A stretch of 64,000 nucleotides of DNA, from the NCBI GenBank assembly GCA_963740315.1, contig CAVUDP010000002.1, positions 800,001 to 864,000 on the forward strand, in the 5' to 3' direction. Shown here in pieces: positions 62,068-64,000 of this stretch; positions within the stretch are counted from its first letter, which is position 1; the number at the start of each line of letters is the position of its first letter. The notes under the pieces were generated by a model. It was not told where the DNA came from. It was given only the letters and a program-made list of their open reading frames with translations, and did not search any database. Origin of the DNA: an uncultured cyanobacterium (lineage in GTDB: Bacteria > Cyanobacteriota > Cyanobacteriia > Cyanobacteriales > Nostocaceae). The position numbers and the translations under genes were made by a program.

Positions 62068-62443
62068 GATTTTTATACAGATAAGTCAAAAGTACCTGAA
62101 ATTAATAGCAGTTAGACCAGCATTAAATTTATGTAGATATAATTTAGGCACCTTTGAATCACGCTGTATACATATATCTTTATTTGTAAACGATTTTACC
62201 TAAACGCGAATATTATTTTATATCTTTTTTAAAAAATATGATTGCCCAAAGCTGTATTGACTTTTTCTATACAAGATGTATGACGATAGGATTAACACAA
62301 CCGCAACTATAAATTGAGTATTTCAACCGTTAAGATCCCCCCAACCCCCCTTAAAAAAGGTGGGCTTTGTTTCTGTAGCCCGTCGGCTCCTTCTAGGCTG
62401 CGGGTGATTTAAGGTAAGAGACGCGATATATCACGTCTCTACA

Positions 62444-63016
62444 TCACCACCCAAACGGTGAAAACAAAGAACTATTATTCCGATAAAAATGCAATCTTCC
62501 ATAACCTAAAAATTGTCCGTGGGATTTTTCACCCGCAGGAAATGCTGTCACACCAAATAGATAAACCCCTTCAACTGAAGGATTTCGTATCGGCTCCAAA
62601 GCAATAGTAATTGTTTTACCGGGTTTAACTGCTGGGTTAAATGTCAGCGATACTGTTTTTTCTCGACGTTTTTCGGTAATCTGAAGCGGTAATTTTTCTT
62701 TTTTACCGTTGCTATTTTTGATAAAAGCAAAGCTGTCTTTCAAATCAAAATTTATATTATCTAATCCAGAATGCTGGTTAATCGTTATTTCTTGCAGAGG
62801 TTCTCCCGCATCTAACGGTACATTAACGATAAAGTAATAAGTTGCACCCCATATATTTACATCATCAAAAGTTGTTGTCGCTTTCAACAAACGCGGTACT
62901 TGAACAAAGTATACTTTCCCATCCCGCAACTGTACTGCTTGACTTAATTTAACTGTCAAGCTTTCAATACCGATGATGCAAGCAAGGAAGGTGCTTAATA
63001 CGATCGCAAAACGCAT
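62444..63016 (-). CDS. DUF2808-like exported protein
   Basis: Signal; F...PRL....T, YYF...P..AGEPL, NP...GVYLFGVTAFP.G...FLGYGRL. Confidence 0.8.
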   Translation of the reverse strand: MRFAIVLSTFLACIIGIESLTVKLSQAVQLRDGKVYFVQVPRLLKATTTFDDVNIWGATYYFIVNVPLDAGEPLQEITINQHSGLDNINFDLKDSFAFIKNSNGKKEKLPLQITEKRREKTVSLTFNPAVKPGKTITIALEPIRNPSVEGVYLFGVTAFPAGEKSHGQFLGYGRLHFYRNNSSLFSPFGW

Positions 63017-63468
63017 GGTTATAAGTTAGGAGTTAGGAGTTAGGAATTAGGAATTAGGAGTTTAAGATTTGGAAGCAGTGACTTAAATATGGGGAGTAAG
63101 AATAGGGAGGGGGAAAAATATTTTTAGGATAAAAATGAATGTGGTGGAATACTAATGCTGCGTCTCATTATTTTTGATGCCTTATTCCCCAGTCCTATTT
63201 ATAGGACTTTAGCTATTAGACTGGGGTTTTCAACCCCAGGCGGGTGTATAAGAAAACCTACCATTAATGAGACAGACCACTACAAATTATCTTGTTTTAC
63301 TTATACCGAATTGATCGATCGCCAATTATTAAGAAATGTTATCAAAAAAGTACGGTTAACACTATATTTACCGTAAAAATACGACTGGTTTGTAAAGGTT
63401 AGTTGAGATGAGTGGTCAAAATAACTTCTCATGTTTCACACTAAGAATATAACGAAGCAATTATTTTT

Positions 63469-63981
63469 ATGAATACCATTTCCACTTCCGGCGTAGAATT
63501 TAAGCGTCCAGTTTGGCAAAATGTTGTCATCTTAACTTTAGGCTTTTGGCTCAGCGCCAGCTTAATTCTAGATTGGGTAATTATGCCTAGTCTTTACGTT
63601 TCTGGGATGATGACTCAATCAAGTTTTGCGTCAGCCGGTTACACAATATTTTGGAATTTCAATCGCATTGAATTATTGTGTGCGGGATTGGTATTAAGTG
63701 GCGTTTTGGCTTTGAGCAAAAGTGAATTCAACTGGCAACGAAGCGGTATTATCTTAGCAAGCTTACTGCTAGCGATCGCTTTCGCTGATACTTATTTATT
63801 AACTCCACAAATGTCGGCTATCGGACTGCAATTAAACTGGTTTGAAGCAGTTGCCGAAACTCCCGCAAATATGAATCTACTGCATGGCGGTTACTGGCTA
63901 TTTGAAGTAGCAAAAATCGCAGTAGGCGGTACTCTTTTTACTTGGTGTTGGAAACAGTTTACAGTTAACAGTGAGCAGTGA
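63469..63981 (+). CDS. DUF4149-like membrane protein
   Basis: Four TM segments; D.V.MP.L...GMM, F..FNR.EL, LTPQM, MN.LH..YW..E. Confidence 0.75.
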   Translation: MNTISTSGVEFKRPVWQNVVILTLGFWLSASLILDWVIMPSLYVSGMMTQSSFASAGYTIFWNFNRIELLCAGLVLSGVLALSKSEFNWQRSGIILASLLLAIAFADTYLLTPQMSAIGLQLNWFEAVAETPANMNLLHGGYWLFEVAKIAVGGTLFTWCWKQFTVNSEQ

Positions 63982-64000
63982 GCAGTTAGCAGTAGTAATT

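Noticed and set aside
63155..63376. 73-aa ORF between the last two genes
   Set aside because: It overlaps a CCCCAGTC...GACTGGGG inverted-repeat element and has no RBS or protein-like features.

Overview
AT-rich chromosomal window from a filamentous, very probably heterocyst-forming cyanobacterium (Nostocales-like). This is inferred from abundant HIP1 GCGATCGC sites, STRR heptamer tracts, nblS-purD, the patX-methyltransferase-gifA-glnA-apcF block with DIF1 and NtcA promoter motifs, and mcdAB. Core genes alternate with accessory genes: surface proteins, glycoside hydrolases, nucleases, TPR/CHAT, pentapeptide and RTX-like proteins, and a TetR-controlled VOC-GST unit. The most striking hidden layer is small-scale DNA mobility and decay. 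It includes an internally deleted IS5-family element splitting an Rpn nuclease gene, and 22-24 nt elements inserted into HIP1 sites, one of which truncates a glycosyltransferase. It also includes a nested 52-bp element carried in STRR tracts, several GTAG-REP families with tandem amplifications, and STRR DNA translated inside proteins. Unannotated pseudogene remnants include cysH, a response regulator, a methyltransferase copy and an FAD oxidoreductase. Candidate novel units are a Cys-hairpin orphan coupled to a membrane pentapeptide protein, a cytoplasmic thermonuclease-OB fusion and a 19-aa DGxRP repeat protein. No CRISPR, rRNA or tRNA was recognised. All calls were made by eye, without database searches.
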